Source: an uncultured Candidatus Saccharibacteria bacterium (lineage in GTDB: Bacteria > Patescibacteriota > Saccharimonadia > Saccharimonadales > UBA4665). Taken from it: a stretch of 64,000 nucleotides of DNA. The notes under the pieces were generated by a model that did not search any database, had not been told where the DNA came from, and saw nothing but the letters and a program-made list of their open reading frames with translations. The stretch covers positions 16,186 to 80,185 of the forward strand of contig CAIMFK010000012.1 in assembly GCA_903840315.1 (NCBI GenBank), given 5' to 3'. Made by a program: the position numbers and the translations under genes. Position 1 is the stretch's first letter; each line of letters begins with the position of its first letter. Shown here piece after piece: positions 30,715 to 40,209 of the stretch.

Positions 30715-31401
30715 TTATTTTAAAAGTTTAGCGAAGATCATTTTGCCTGCTACCGACTGATGCATTCTATCTACAGAAACCTTAACAAATTTACCTTTAA
30801 GTTTATAAGCTCCATCAACAACTATCATCGTCCCATCATCTAGGTAGCCGACCCCCTGATTTGGACCACTTCCTTTTTGAATTATTTTCACAGTTACAAT
30901 TTCGCCAGGTAAAGCAATTGGCCTTAGACTTTGAGATAATTCATTGGCGTTCATAATTTTCACTTTTTCAACATTAGCTACTTTAGAAAGATTATAGTCC
31001 GTAGTGTAGAGTACCCCGTGAGTATTTTTTGCATGTGATATTAACTTATCATCAATCTTCTTAACCTCTGGATAAGAATCTCTTGTAATAATAACTTCAA
31101 TTGAAGGATTATGTTGAAGCTCATTAATTACATCCAATCCATATCTGGCTCGTTCTCTTTTGTGTGAATCTGAGCCATCTGCAAGCATTTGGAGTTCATT
31201 AATAATGAATGAAGGAACATCTATTGGATTTTGGATAAAACCCGATTCCGCAAGCTGTACAATCCTTCCGTCAATCAAGCCACTACTATCCATAATTAAA
31301 CAGTTCGAAGGATTTTTTTTAATGCCTTTAGTATTTTTTGAGAATAACTTTATAAGAATAGTTATTAATAATAATGTATTGAGATATGTTAGATATTTCA
31401 T
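30715..31401 (-). CDS. PIN/TRAM domain protein (YacL-like), N-terminal TM segment
   Basis: 228 aa, MDSSGLIDGRI..LAESGF...IDVPSFIINELQMLADGSD..KRERARYGLD, C-terminal TRAM-like region. Follows radA, as in Firmicutes. Confidence 0.88.
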   Translation of the reverse strand: MKYLTYLNTLLLITILIKLFSKNTKGIKKNPSNCLIMDSSGLIDGRIVQLAESGFIQNPIDVPSFIINELQMLADGSDSHKRERARYGLDVINELQHNPSIEVIITRDSYPEVKKIDDKLISHAKNTHGVLYTTDYNLSKVANVEKVKIMNANELSQSLRPIALPGEIVTVKIIQKGSGPNQGVGYLDDGTMIVVDGAYKLKGKFVKVSVDRMHQSVAGKMIFAKLLK

Positions 31402-32747
31402 CTATTACTTCCCAGATAATTATTAAGCGCTTCTTTTACATCTTTAACAGGGTGCATCATTGAATCCTTTGTGTTTGATTGCTTAGAACAAATCAGAGAA
31501 TCAAAGCCAAGCTTTTTAGCCTCAGCTAGTCTTTTATCTAGATGTGGAACTGACCTAACTTCACCACTTAAGCCAACTTCTCCGACTACTACAGCATCTT
31601 CATTAAGCCTATAGCCTTTTGCGGCAGAACCTATCGCCATACAAATTGCCAAATCAGCAGCAGGCTCTGATAGTTTTAGGCCACCTACAATATTTATATA
31701 AATATCCTGATCAGAAAGTTTTAGTTTGGTTCTTTTTTCAAGAACTGCAATTAACAAATTTAGTCTATTGAGATCGAACCCACTTGCAGTTCTCTTAGGA
31801 TATCCGTAGCTAGTCTTGTTCACCAAAGCTTGAATCTCAACAAGGATTGGCCGGCTTCCTTCGAGAGCTGCAAATACTACGGATCCATCCGAATTTTGCC
31901 GTTCTGCCAACATTGCCTCTGATGGATTTTTCACAGACTCGAGGCCTTTGTCTCTCATCTCGAAGATTCCAATTTCAGTAGTAGACCCGAATCTATTTTT
32001 TGTAGTTCTCAAAATCTTGAAACTACCATAGCGCTCACCCTCTAACTGAAGTACAACATCAACTAAATGTTCTAAAACTTTAGGACCAGCAATATTACCT
32101 TCTTTGGTTACATGACCGACTAGTATTAATGCAGTAGAGGTTTTCTTAGCAGCACCGGTAAGCAATTGAGTGCAACCAGTAATTTGAGAGACACTCCCAC
32201 CGGCAGAGGAGAGAGATGCTGTTGTGATTGTTTGTATAGAATCAACGACTACAATATCAAAATCATCCTCAACAATAGTAGCTGCAATATCATCGGCCGA
32301 ATTTGAAGTAGATAGTCTTAATTTAGTTTGATTAACCCCAAGCCTACTTGCTCTTAAGCCAATTTGATGAGAGGATTCTTCTCCACTGACATATAAAACT
32401 TTATTACTTTCAGCCAAGGAGTAAGCATATTGAAGTAGTAGAGTACTTTTACCAACCCCTGGTTGTCCTGCGATGAGATTAACGCTACCGATGACCAGAC
32501 CTCCGCCTAGAACATCATCAACTTCAGGAATGCTACTGGTTAGTCTTTTTACATCTTTATTAATTAAATTACCTACGACATCAGAATTTAACTTTTTTCC
32601 TATAACACCAGAACTTATAATGTCGCCAGCTTGTAACAACTCTTCTATGGTGCTCCAACTCTGACACTGATTACATTTTCCGCTCCATGAACTATACACA
32701 GCTCCACATTGGCTACATACGAATTTTGAGGATTGTTTTTTTGACAT
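31398..32747 (-). CDS. radA: DNA repair protein RadA/Sms
   Basis: 449 aa, zinc finger CSQCG...CNQC, Walker A GQPGVGKST, KNRFG, Lon-like C-terminal domain. Confidence 0.97.
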   Translation of the reverse strand: MSKKQSSKFVCSQCGAVYSSWSGKCNQCQSWSTIEELLQAGDIISSGVIGKKLNSDVVGNLINKDVKRLTSSIPEVDDVLGGGLVIGSVNLIAGQPGVGKSTLLLQYAYSLAESNKVLYVSGEESSHQIGLRASRLGVNQTKLRLSTSNSADDIAATIVEDDFDIVVVDSIQTITTASLSSAGGSVSQITGCTQLLTGAAKKTSTALILVGHVTKEGNIAGPKVLEHLVDVVLQLEGERYGSFKILRTTKNRFGSTTEIGIFEMRDKGLESVKNPSEAMLAERQNSDGSVVFAALEGSRPILVEIQALVNKTSYGYPKRTASGFDLNRLNLLIAVLEKRTKLKLSDQDIYINIVGGLKLSEPAADLAICMAIGSAAKGYRLNEDAVVVGEVGLSGEVRSVPHLDKRLAEAKKLGFDSLICSKQSNTKDSMMHPVKDVKEALNNYLGSNR

Positions 32748-32750
32748 TAC

Positions 32751-33731
32751 TTAATTCGCCTTTAAAGTTCTTAAATTACTGTTAAGCTGATTGGAAAGAT
32801 CATCAAATACTAATGCATCTTGGTTTCTAGCAACAATTAATTGATTATACTCATCTATTAGTGCCTGTGTCTTATTTACGAGAACATTATAGTCATTAAC
32901 TAATCTATTAAAGGATGGAACATCGGCATTGTACTGCTCTATTAAATTATTGGCTATTAAGTTCTGCATAGCCGATCTTTGTATATTGATTAGCGTTTGA
33001 TTCGAGTTTAGAGATTTCTGATTTGAATCAATTTGGATTTTTAAATCAGAAAGCTTTTGATCAGCTTCTTTGACTTTATTTTGGTATTTAATAAATACGG
33101 ATTTATAGCCTGCTGAATAGCCAACAATAGTCATTCTATTAGCGAAATACTTAGCATAATATGCATTTAGCCCTGGTGGCAAATCAGCAATTTCTGTTCC
33201 AAAAGTGGAGCTCATCTCATCGAGAACAGACCCAGGTTCAGTTTGTTGGTAAATTGAAATTTCACTCTTGACTGCCGGATCCTTTAATCCCGTGTTATAA
33301 AAGCTTGTTAGCATATCGCCAACCGTCTTCTTATCTGACGGAGAAAGTCTAGCCCAAATACAGTGCAACACTTCATGAGCTGCGGTAACCTGTTCAACAC
33401 CGTTTAATTCGGGATTAGCTACCTTGAAGAGAAAAATTCCTCTCTGATCAGGATGATAACAACCTAATATTGTAGAAATAGTACTGGCACTATTTGGACA
33501 CTGTGTACTAAATTGCGAGCCAGTTAATATTGCTGGCTTGTTTAAATAAAATAATTTACGAGTATAGCTATTCATCGTATCCTGATCGGCAAGAGTTTTT
33601 ATTTTAGCTGGAGGAACATAATTTACTAGTTTTGCCCAGTCTATTATATTTTGAGACTGCCAAAAAATTAGCGATACGGTCAATACAAAGAAAAGAAATA
33701 TTGAAAAAAAGATTTTTCTTTGTCTAGTCAT
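32751..33731 (-). CDS. Hypothetical membrane-anchored protein with HExxH motif and Asn/Gln-rich coiled-coil C-terminus
   Basis: 326 aa. N-terminal TM (IFFSIFLFFVLTVSLIF), TAAHEVLHCIW, C-terminal 120 aa with heptad-like N/Q/L-rich sequence. No family recognised. Confidence 0.6.
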   Translation of the reverse strand: MTRQRKIFFSIFLFFVLTVSLIFWQSQNIIDWAKLVNYVPPAKIKTLADQDTMNSYTRKLFYLNKPAILTGSQFSTQCPNSASTISTILGCYHPDQRGIFLFKVANPELNGVEQVTAAHEVLHCIWARLSPSDKKTVGDMLTSFYNTGLKDPAVKSEISIYQQTEPGSVLDEMSSTFGTEIADLPPGLNAYYAKYFANRMTIVGYSAGYKSVFIKYQNKVKEADQKLSDLKIQIDSNQKSLNSNQTLINIQRSAMQNLIANNLIEQYNADVPSFNRLVNDYNVLVNKTQALIDEYNQLIVARNQDALVFDDLSNQLNSNLRTLKAN

Positions 33732-33747
33732 TAATTAAATTATATCA

Positions 33748-36249
33748 CTAGAGAACTGCTTTAGAGGTTTCATTAACAACTGTGTATGTTAATTCATTTT
33801 TCTTAGTGCCGACTCTTAATACGTCGCCTTTAGATATGCTGTTGTTAAGTATTTTATCTGCAATTTCGTTTTCGATGGTTTCTTGAATTAGTCTCCTAAG
33901 TGGCCTTACTCCGTTATGTGCGTCATAACCTTTTTCTAATAAATAGTCCTTTGCCGACTTAGAAAGATTAATCCCAATGACTTTTTTAGATAATCTAGAC
34001 GCTAAATCATCAATCTGCAAATCGATAACTTCATAAATGTCTTTTTTAGTTAGTGCTCGAAATACTATAGTTTTATCAATTCTATTTAATAATTCTGGCC
34101 TAAGGAGTTTTTTTAGCTCATTTTTTACCTGACTGCTATTCTCAGAGTGTAATTTGTCCAGGTCACTTATTTCAGTATTATTTGAAGCCCTGAAGCCCAA
34201 GTTTGCTTCTTTTTGAAGCTTAGCGGCTCCAATGTTAGATGTCATGATTATTATAGTATTAGTAAAATCAATTTTTCTGCCTTTAGCATCTGTTAGATGT
34301 CCATCTTCAAGAATCTGTAGGAGCATGTTAAATACATCTGGATGAGCTTTCTCGATCTCATCAAATAGCACTAAGCTATATGGCTGGCGTCTTATTTTAT
34401 CTGTAAGTTGCCCACCGTCATCATATCCGACGTAACCAGCAGGAGCACCTACTAGTCGGCTAACTGTGTGGTGTTCACCAAATTCACTCATGTCTATTTT
34501 TACTAAACTTGATTCACTACCAAAAAATTCACGAGCCAAAACCCTAGCAAGTTCAGTTTTTCCAACACCAGTAGGACCTAGAAATATAAATGAACCTATT
34601 GGTCTCTTGCCACTGCCAATCCCTGCCCGATTTCTTCTAATGGCTTTAGAAACAGAAACGACTGCTTCGTCTTGACCGATAACATATTTGCCCAATGTTT
34701 TTTCCAAATTTAGAAGATATTTAGCCTCAGCCTTAATAACTTTTGTAACTGGTACACCCGTAATTCTGGCGACTACATTTGCTATATCTTCGCTCGATAA
34801 AGCTAATTTTCGATTATTGGCTAAACCATCTTTGAGGTTATTAAGCTCTTCAATTATTTGACTGGCTCTAGTTTTTGCTCTTGCAGCTTTTTCATAATCT
34901 TCACCCTCAACAGCATCGTCTATTCTGGCATTAACTAATTTTAGTTCTTTTTGTAATTTTCTTATTTCAGGTGATGTTTTGCTTTTTTCAACCTTTAAAC
35001 TAGCAGAAGCCTCATCAAGCAAATCGATGGCTTTGTCTGGCATGAACCTTTCATTTATATACCTTTTAGCCAAATTAACAGTATCTCCAAGAACTTCATC
35101 CGATATGGATACGCCGTGGAATTTTTCGTAATGTTTTTTTAATCCTTTAAGAATCGCTAGGGTTTCTGCTGCTGTTGACTCGGGAACCAAGATCGGTTGG
35201 AAACGTCTTTCAAGTGCGGCATCTTTTTCAATGTGTTTTGAGTATTCGCTTGTTGTGGTAGCACCTATGACCTGAATTTTGCCTCTTGCTAGGGCAGGCT
35301 TTAATATATTGCCCGCATCCATTGCGCCCTCAGCGGCACCTGCACCGACTATAAGGTGGAGCTCATCTATAAAAATAATAACGTTATTGCTATCCTCAAG
35401 CTCTTTCATGACTTTCTTGAGCCTTTCCTCGAACTCACCCCTATATTTAGTTCCGGCAATCATTCCCGCCAAATCCAGCATAATTATTTTCTTATCAAGC
35501 AACGTATCAGGCACATCTTCACTAACAATTCTTTGAGCTAGACCTTCTACGATTGCAGTTTTACCAACACCAGGTTCACCAATTAGAACAGGATTGTTCT
35601 TAGTTCTTCGGTTAAGAATAGTTATTAATCTTTTAATCTGGTTATCTCTACCTACAACTGGATCAAGTTCGTTTTTTCTGGCTTTGCTTGTTAAATCTGT
35701 TCCATAAAAATCTAATATCGTTTTTCTTACCGTTTTAGTGCGTCTTGAAGAATCACCCGAAGACTCTCTTGCCCCCAAATCATCGCTTTGTCTATTTAAA
35801 AAGCTTTCAATGTCTCCGGTTAAGCTGTCTATGTCAACCTTTAATTCCTTAAGCAATACTGTGGCTCTAGAATTCTTCTGAGTTAAAATACTATATACAA
35901 TATGCTCTGTTCCACAAAAATCCTGATCATAGTCCTGTGCGATGTCATAAGCGTTCTTAAGAGTTAGCTTAGCTGTTTCGCTTAAGCCTTTAGCACCCAT
36001 ATTTATAACGAGAGTTTTTGGAGTCAGATTTAATGCCAGTCTTGCCTGATCTAGGGTAATACCTGCTTCTTCTAGAATTTTTGCACCCATAGAATTTTGT
36101 TGGGCAAGCACTCCCAGCAATAGATGTTCTGTGCCAATATAAGCACTACCGAGATTGCGAGCTATTGCATCGGCATGCTTAAGGCTTGAAAGAGAGTTAT
36201 TAGTTAGGTGATTCAAAAATTCTTGGAAATCGGGAGATTGGGGCATCAT
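33748..36249 (-). CDS. clpC: ATP-dependent Clp protease ATP-binding subunit ClpC
   Basis: 833 aa, two Clp_N repeats, two AAA+ modules ([16 protein letters not shown]), short UVR-like linker ([10 protein letters not shown]), LGF ClpP-docking loop. Confidence 0.95.
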   Translation of the reverse strand: MMPQSPDFQEFLNHLTNNSLSSLKHADAIARNLGSAYIGTEHLLLGVLAQQNSMGAKILEEAGITLDQARLALNLTPKTLVINMGAKGLSETAKLTLKNAYDIAQDYDQDFCGTEHIVYSILTQKNSRATVLLKELKVDIDSLTGDIESFLNRQSDDLGARESSGDSSRRTKTVRKTILDFYGTDLTSKARKNELDPVVGRDNQIKRLITILNRRTKNNPVLIGEPGVGKTAIVEGLAQRIVSEDVPDTLLDKKIIMLDLAGMIAGTKYRGEFEERLKKVMKELEDSNNVIIFIDELHLIVGAGAAEGAMDAGNILKPALARGKIQVIGATTTSEYSKHIEKDAALERRFQPILVPESTAAETLAILKGLKKHYEKFHGVSISDEVLGDTVNLAKRYINERFMPDKAIDLLDEASASLKVEKSKTSPEIRKLQKELKLVNARIDDAVEGEDYEKAARAKTRASQIIEELNNLKDGLANNRKLALSSEDIANVVARITGVPVTKVIKAEAKYLLNLEKTLGKYVIGQDEAVVSVSKAIRRNRAGIGSGKRPIGSFIFLGPTGVGKTELARVLAREFFGSESSLVKIDMSEFGEHHTVSRLVGAPAGYVGYDDGGQLTDKIRRQPYSLVLFDEIEKAHPDVFNMLLQILEDGHLTDAKGRKIDFTNTIIIMTSNIGAAKLQKEANLGFRASNNTEISDLDKLHSENSSQVKNELKKLLRPELLNRIDKTIVFRALTKKDIYEVIDLQIDDLASRLSKKVIGINLSKSAKDYLLEKGYDAHNGVRPLRRLIQETIENEIADKILNNSISKGDVLRVGTKKNELTYTVVNETSKAVL

Positions 36250-36298
36250 ATCAATTTACCTCCATAAGATATTTGCTAATTTTCATAGTCATATATCT

Positions 36299-36328
36299 AT
36301 AATAACGCTATTGGCACTCTCAAGTCAA
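36299..36328 (-). promoter_or_regulatory. Candidate clpC promoter TTGACT-18 nt-TATTAT
   Basis: Minus-strand -35 at 36328-36323 (inside the spacer of the inverted repeat) and -10 at 36304-36299. GGAGG lies 9 nt before the clpC ATG. Confidence 0.45.
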
Positions 36329-36337
36329 GAGCGCCAA
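36311..36337 (-). promoter_or_regulatory. CIRCE-like inverted repeat (TTGGCACTC-N9-GAGCGCCAA); it also forms a 10-bp hairpin 8 nt after the nusA stop
   Basis: 15 of 18 arm positions match the CIRCE consensus TTAGCACTC-N9-GAGTGCTAA, with the exact 9-nt spacer. On the minus-strand RNA the arms pair with one G-U. Confidence 0.45.
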
Positions 36338-36345
36338 TTTATAAA

Positions 36346-37542
36346 TTATTTAGCTTCTGGTTCGTCGCCGTGCTCTTCTATTGCACTAAGTAAAGAGTTT
36401 TCTAATTCTGATTTTTTCTTCAGTTTTGGAGCACTTACTTTAATTGATTCTGTTTTTGGTTCTACAATTTTAGATTCAACTTTTTCAGTTTCAACGCCAT
36501 TTGACTGTTCTTGTTCAATATCTAACTCATAGCCTGTTAGTTTACTTGCCAATCTGACATTTTGACCACCCTTACCAATTGCTATTGAAAGCTGGTCTTC
36601 AGGAACAATAACTCTACATTTTTTATTGTTGTTATCTAGTACAACCTTAGTAACTTTTGTTGGACTTAATGCATTAGTAATGTAATTAGTTGGATCTTCA
36701 TCCCAAACTACAATATCTATCTTTTCTTGATCGCTAATCTCACCCATGACTGCGTTAACTCGGGTGCCGTGTCCACCAACAAATGTGCCCACAGGATCAA
36801 CGCCTGGAACTGTAGAATGAACAGCAATTTTACTTCTGACGCCTGACTCTCGGGCTATATCTTTAATTTCAACAGCGCCACTTTCCATTTCTGGAACTTC
36901 ACCCCTAAATAGGTACTCTATGAATTCTGCGTTACCACGGGAAACTACCAATTGAGGGCCTCTAAAACCGCGCTCTACGTCTTTTAAGTAGACCTTAAGT
37001 CTTTGACCAGGATAATATCTCTCACCCTGAATTTGTTCGCTTTTAGGCATTATGGCTTGTGCCTTTCCAACATCAACTCTTACAATGTTTCCTTCAACTC
37101 TTGCAACTAAGCCGTTTATGACAGTACCAATTTTATCTTCATATTCGCTTACAATGATTTCTCTTTCAGATTCTCTTAATCTTTGAAGTATGACTTGTTT
37201 GGCAGTTTGAGCAGCTACTCGACCGAAAGTCTTGATATTTTCATGAACTTCAATTGAGTCACCCACTTTTATATTTTTTTGCATTACTGAAGCATCACTA
37301 AGACTAATCTCATACGCAGGGTTTTCAACTTTGTCTACGACAATTTTTGTAATGTATGCATCAACGTCACCATTATTAAGATTCATTGAAATCTTAACTT
37401 CCTGCTCTCTATCTCCATAGTCTCTTCTATATGCAGCAGCTAGGGCTTGTTCAACAACTTCCTGTACTGTTTCTTCGGGCAAATTTTTTTCTTCAGCGAT
37501 AGTTCGGATAGCTATAGCTAATTGTTTCATGTCTAATTCCAT
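36346..37542 (-). CDS. nusA: Transcription termination/antitermination factor NusA
   Basis: 398 aa, N-terminal domain, S1 (G.V.R), two KH domains (AIGKGGQNVRLAS). AAGGAG lies 5 nt before the ATG. Confidence 0.96.
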   Translation of the reverse strand: MELDMKQLAIAIRTIAEEKNLPEETVQEVVEQALAAAYRRDYGDREQEVKISMNLNNGDVDAYITKIVVDKVENPAYEISLSDASVMQKNIKVGDSIEVHENIKTFGRVAAQTAKQVILQRLRESEREIIVSEYEDKIGTVINGLVARVEGNIVRVDVGKAQAIMPKSEQIQGERYYPGQRLKVYLKDVERGFRGPQLVVSRGNAEFIEYLFRGEVPEMESGAVEIKDIARESGVRSKIAVHSTVPGVDPVGTFVGGHGTRVNAVMGEISDQEKIDIVVWDEDPTNYITNALSPTKVTKVVLDNNNKKCRVIVPEDQLSIAIGKGGQNVRLASKLTGYELDIEQEQSNGVETEKVESKIVEPKTESIKVSAPKLKKKSELENSLLSAIEEHGDEPEAK

Positions 37543-37564
37543 GACTTCTCCTTGTTTTTAAATG

Positions 37565-37588
37565 AAAAAATCCGACCTAGTGGCCGGA
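37565..37588 (-). terminator. Leader terminator/attenuator between the nusA promoter and the nusA SD
   Basis: Minus strand uCCGGCC-acua-GGUCGGa (7 bp including one G-U) followed by UUUUUU. Starts about 4 nt after the predicted TSS. Confidence 0.55.
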
Positions 37589-37598
37589 ACATGATCTT

Positions 37599-37627
37599 AT
37601 TATATATCAGAATAGCAGAGCACGCAA
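37599..37627 (-). promoter_or_regulatory. nusA promoter TTGCGT-17 nt-TATAAT
   Basis: -35 at 37627-37622, -10 at 37604-37599, exact 17-nt spacer. Back-to-back with the pepN -10. Confidence 0.6.
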
Positions 37628-37634
37628 CTTGGCA

Positions 37635-37643
37635 TGATAATAT
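37635..37643 (+). promoter_or_regulatory. Extended -10 TGaTAATAT, 7 nt before the pepN ATG (leaderless-type)
   Basis: Read directly from the sequence. No SD between it and ATG 37651. Confidence 0.45.
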
Positions 37644-37650
37644 AGTATGA

Positions 37651-40209
37651 ATGAGCGGAAAAGTAACCAGATTATATAACGATTTCAAGCCTAGTAAATA
37701 TGCACTTTCACTTTCTATAAATCCAAAGGAACTACAGTTCAAAGGGAGAGTGATCATTAAAGGCAAGAAAACTGGAAGGCCCTCCCAAAGATTGACTTTT
37801 CATCAGAGTGAATTGAAATTCAAATCTGCAACCATTATTAAGCATGATAAAAAAGGCGATCACGAAATCGAGATCAGTCGCATTAATACGCATAATTCAT
37901 CTCAAGAAGTTAGATTACATTCAAATCAAATGATTTATGGTGGTGAATATACAGTTACAATGGAATTCTTTGGCAATATTACTAAGCCGATGAATGGTAT
38001 ATATCCATGCTATCCAGATAAAGGCTCAGAAAATGACATTATTATAGCAACACAATTTGAAAGCCATCATGCAAGAGAAGCATTTCCATGCATCGATGAA
38101 CCCGAAGCTAAATCTGTTTTTGATTTGACTATAATTAGTCCAGAAGGCCGAGAAGTAATATCAAATACAAAAATTAAAAAGCAATCTAGGTATGAGGGGC
38201 AGTTAAAAACTGAATTCTTTGATACGCCCGTGATGTCGACATACTTACTAGCGTTTATAGTCGGAAAATTAGAGTATAGATCACTCAAAACCAAAGATGG
38301 GGTTGAAGTCAGGACATATGCAACAAAAAACAACATCGAGTACACTCAGTTTGCACTTGAGACGGCTGTCAAATGCCTAGACTATTACAATGACTTCTTT
38401 GGCATTCCCTATCCTCTAGAAAAATCTGACCTCATAGCGCTCCCTGATTTTGCTGCTGGCGCCATGGAAAACTGGGGATGTATTACATTCCGTGAGCAAG
38501 GATTGCTGGTTGATGATGGCAATACTAGTATTTTTGCAAAACAATATGTGGCGATAGTAGTCGCACATGAACTTGCTCATCAGTGGTTTGGCAATTTAGT
38601 AACCATGAAATGGTGGAATGATTTATGGCTTAATGAAGGCTTTGCCAGCTGGATTGAGCACCTAGCAGTGAATCATATATTTCCCGAATGGCACATATGG
38701 ACTCAATTTACAGTTGATGAGACTATGCCGGCTTTAAAGCTTGATGCACTAGACAATACACATCCTATTGAGGCAGTAATAAAACATCCCGATGAGATTA
38801 GAACAATATTCGATCTTATTAGCTACAATAAAGGTGCTTCAATAATACACATGCTTAACAAATACCTAGGTGATGATAATTTTAGAGACGGATTGAGGCT
38901 ATACCTCAAGCGTCATGCTTATAAAAATACTATTACCGATGATCTATGGAATGCACTTGAAGAAGTGTCGAAAAAGCCAGTTAAAGAATTCATGAATGCT
39001 TGGACTTCAAAACCAGGCTTCCCTCTGGTAATAGTCAAAGTCAATGAAGACAAGATAGAATTAAACCAAAAGAGATTTTTCCTCCATTCAAAAGCAGAAG
39101 ATGCCAATAATACTGTTTGGCCAATTCCACTATTGGATGGATCTGATATGCCGTCAATATTTGATAAAAAAGAGATGAAGTTTGATAATACAAACTCTTC
39201 ATTTATAAAATTAAACAATGGCCAAACCGGTTTTTATAGAGTTTCTTACGATAAACATCACATAGTTAAATTAGCAAACTTAATTTCATCTGGTGAAATC
39301 TTGCCATTAGATAGATTAGGAATACTGAGCGACACCTTCGAAACGGTAAAGTCGGGCGCCAATAGTTCCGACACTCTTCTTGAACTTCTTATGAGCTTCT
39401 CTAAGGAAAATAATGCAGCCGTTTGGGACATAATTGCCGATATATTGGGAACAATAAAAAAAGTCATGGACAACGATGAAATTCGGAATAGCATGAAGCC
39501 ATTTATTAGAAAAATAACCAAGGAAGAATTATTTAGACTATCATGGGATGAAAAAAAGGATGAAGACTATTTAGATCAAATTCTTAGGCCAACAATTTTA
39601 GGCCTTTCAGCTTCAGCAGATGAAGAAGCGACAATAAAAGAAATTAATCTAAGATTCGATAAAGCTAAAAAAAGTGAAGACATTCACCCCAATATTAGAT
39701 CAATAATTTACGGTACCGTTGCTAGGAAAGGATCAAAAAAAGAATTTGATAAACTGTTAAAATTCTACAAAGACACTGATTCAAGCGAAGATCGAGTAGT
39801 AATTGCAATGGCATTATGTAGCTTTGAGCATGACGAACAAATAAAACAATCTCTTGCAATGATAAATTCTGACAGTGTTAGACTTCAAGATGTGGGTTAC
39901 TGGATAGCATATAGTTTCTCAAACAGATTTGCTAGGAAACAAACTTGGCAATGGATGAAGGATAATTGGTCTTGGCTAGAAGCCAATCTTGGAAAAGATA
40001 TGAGCTTCAATAGGTTGCCAGTTTATGCAGCAAACTCATTTACCAGTAAAGAATTCTTAAAAGAATATAAATCATATTTTAACAAAGTGAGTAGTCCATC
40101 ACTAGAAAGATCAATCAAACAAGGTATTGAGATTTTAGAATGGCATATAGATTGGCAAGATAGAGATAAAGATAGTATTATTGAATATTTCAAAAGACTA
40201 AAGACATAG
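37651..40209 (+). CDS. pepN: Aminopeptidase N (M1 family)
   Basis: 852 aa, GAMENWG exopeptidase motif, HELAHQWFGNLVT...WLNEGFA zinc site, ERAP1-like C-terminal domain. Confidence 0.95.
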   Translation: MSGKVTRLYNDFKPSKYALSLSINPKELQFKGRVIIKGKKTGRPSQRLTFHQSELKFKSATIIKHDKKGDHEIEISRINTHNSSQEVRLHSNQMIYGGEYTVTMEFFGNITKPMNGIYPCYPDKGSENDIIIATQFESHHAREAFPCIDEPEAKSVFDLTIISPEGREVISNTKIKKQSRYEGQLKTEFFDTPVMSTYLLAFIVGKLEYRSLKTKDGVEVRTYATKNNIEYTQFALETAVKCLDYYNDFFGIPYPLEKSDLIALPDFAAGAMENWGCITFREQGLLVDDGNTSIFAKQYVAIVVAHELAHQWFGNLVTMKWWNDLWLNEGFASWIEHLAVNHIFPEWHIWTQFTVDETMPALKLDALDNTHPIEAVIKHPDEIRTIFDLISYNKGASIIHMLNKYLGDDNFRDGLRLYLKRHAYKNTITDDLWNALEEVSKKPVKEFMNAWTSKPGFPLVIVKVNEDKIELNQKRFFLHSKAEDANNTVWPIPLLDGSDMPSIFDKKEMKFDNTNSSFIKLNNGQTGFYRVSYDKHHIVKLANLISSGEILPLDRLGILSDTFETVKSGANSSDTLLELLMSFSKENNAAVWDIIADILGTIKKVMDNDEIRNSMKPFIRKITKEELFRLSWDEKKDEDYLDQILRPTILGLSASADEEATIKEINLRFDKAKKSEDIHPNIRSIIYGTVARKGSKKEFDKLLKFYKDTDSSEDRVVIAMALCSFEHDEQIKQSLAMINSDSVRLQDVGYWIAYSFSNRFARKQTWQWMKDNWSWLEANLGKDMSFNRLPVYAANSFTSKEFLKEYKSYFNKVSSPSLERSIKQGIEILEWHIDWQDRDKDSIIEYFKRLKT

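Noticed and set aside
36250-36345. Looked for a CtsR operator (GGTCAAA direct repeats) upstream of clpC.
   Set aside because: None is present. The only repeat is the CIRCE-like inverted repeat, reported separately.
37533-37766. 77-aa minus-strand ORF spanning the nusA/pepN divergent promoter region.
   Set aside because: It overlaps the pepN 5-prime end and the nusA promoter, leader and hairpin. It has no SD or -10 context and a hydrophobic junk-like sequence.
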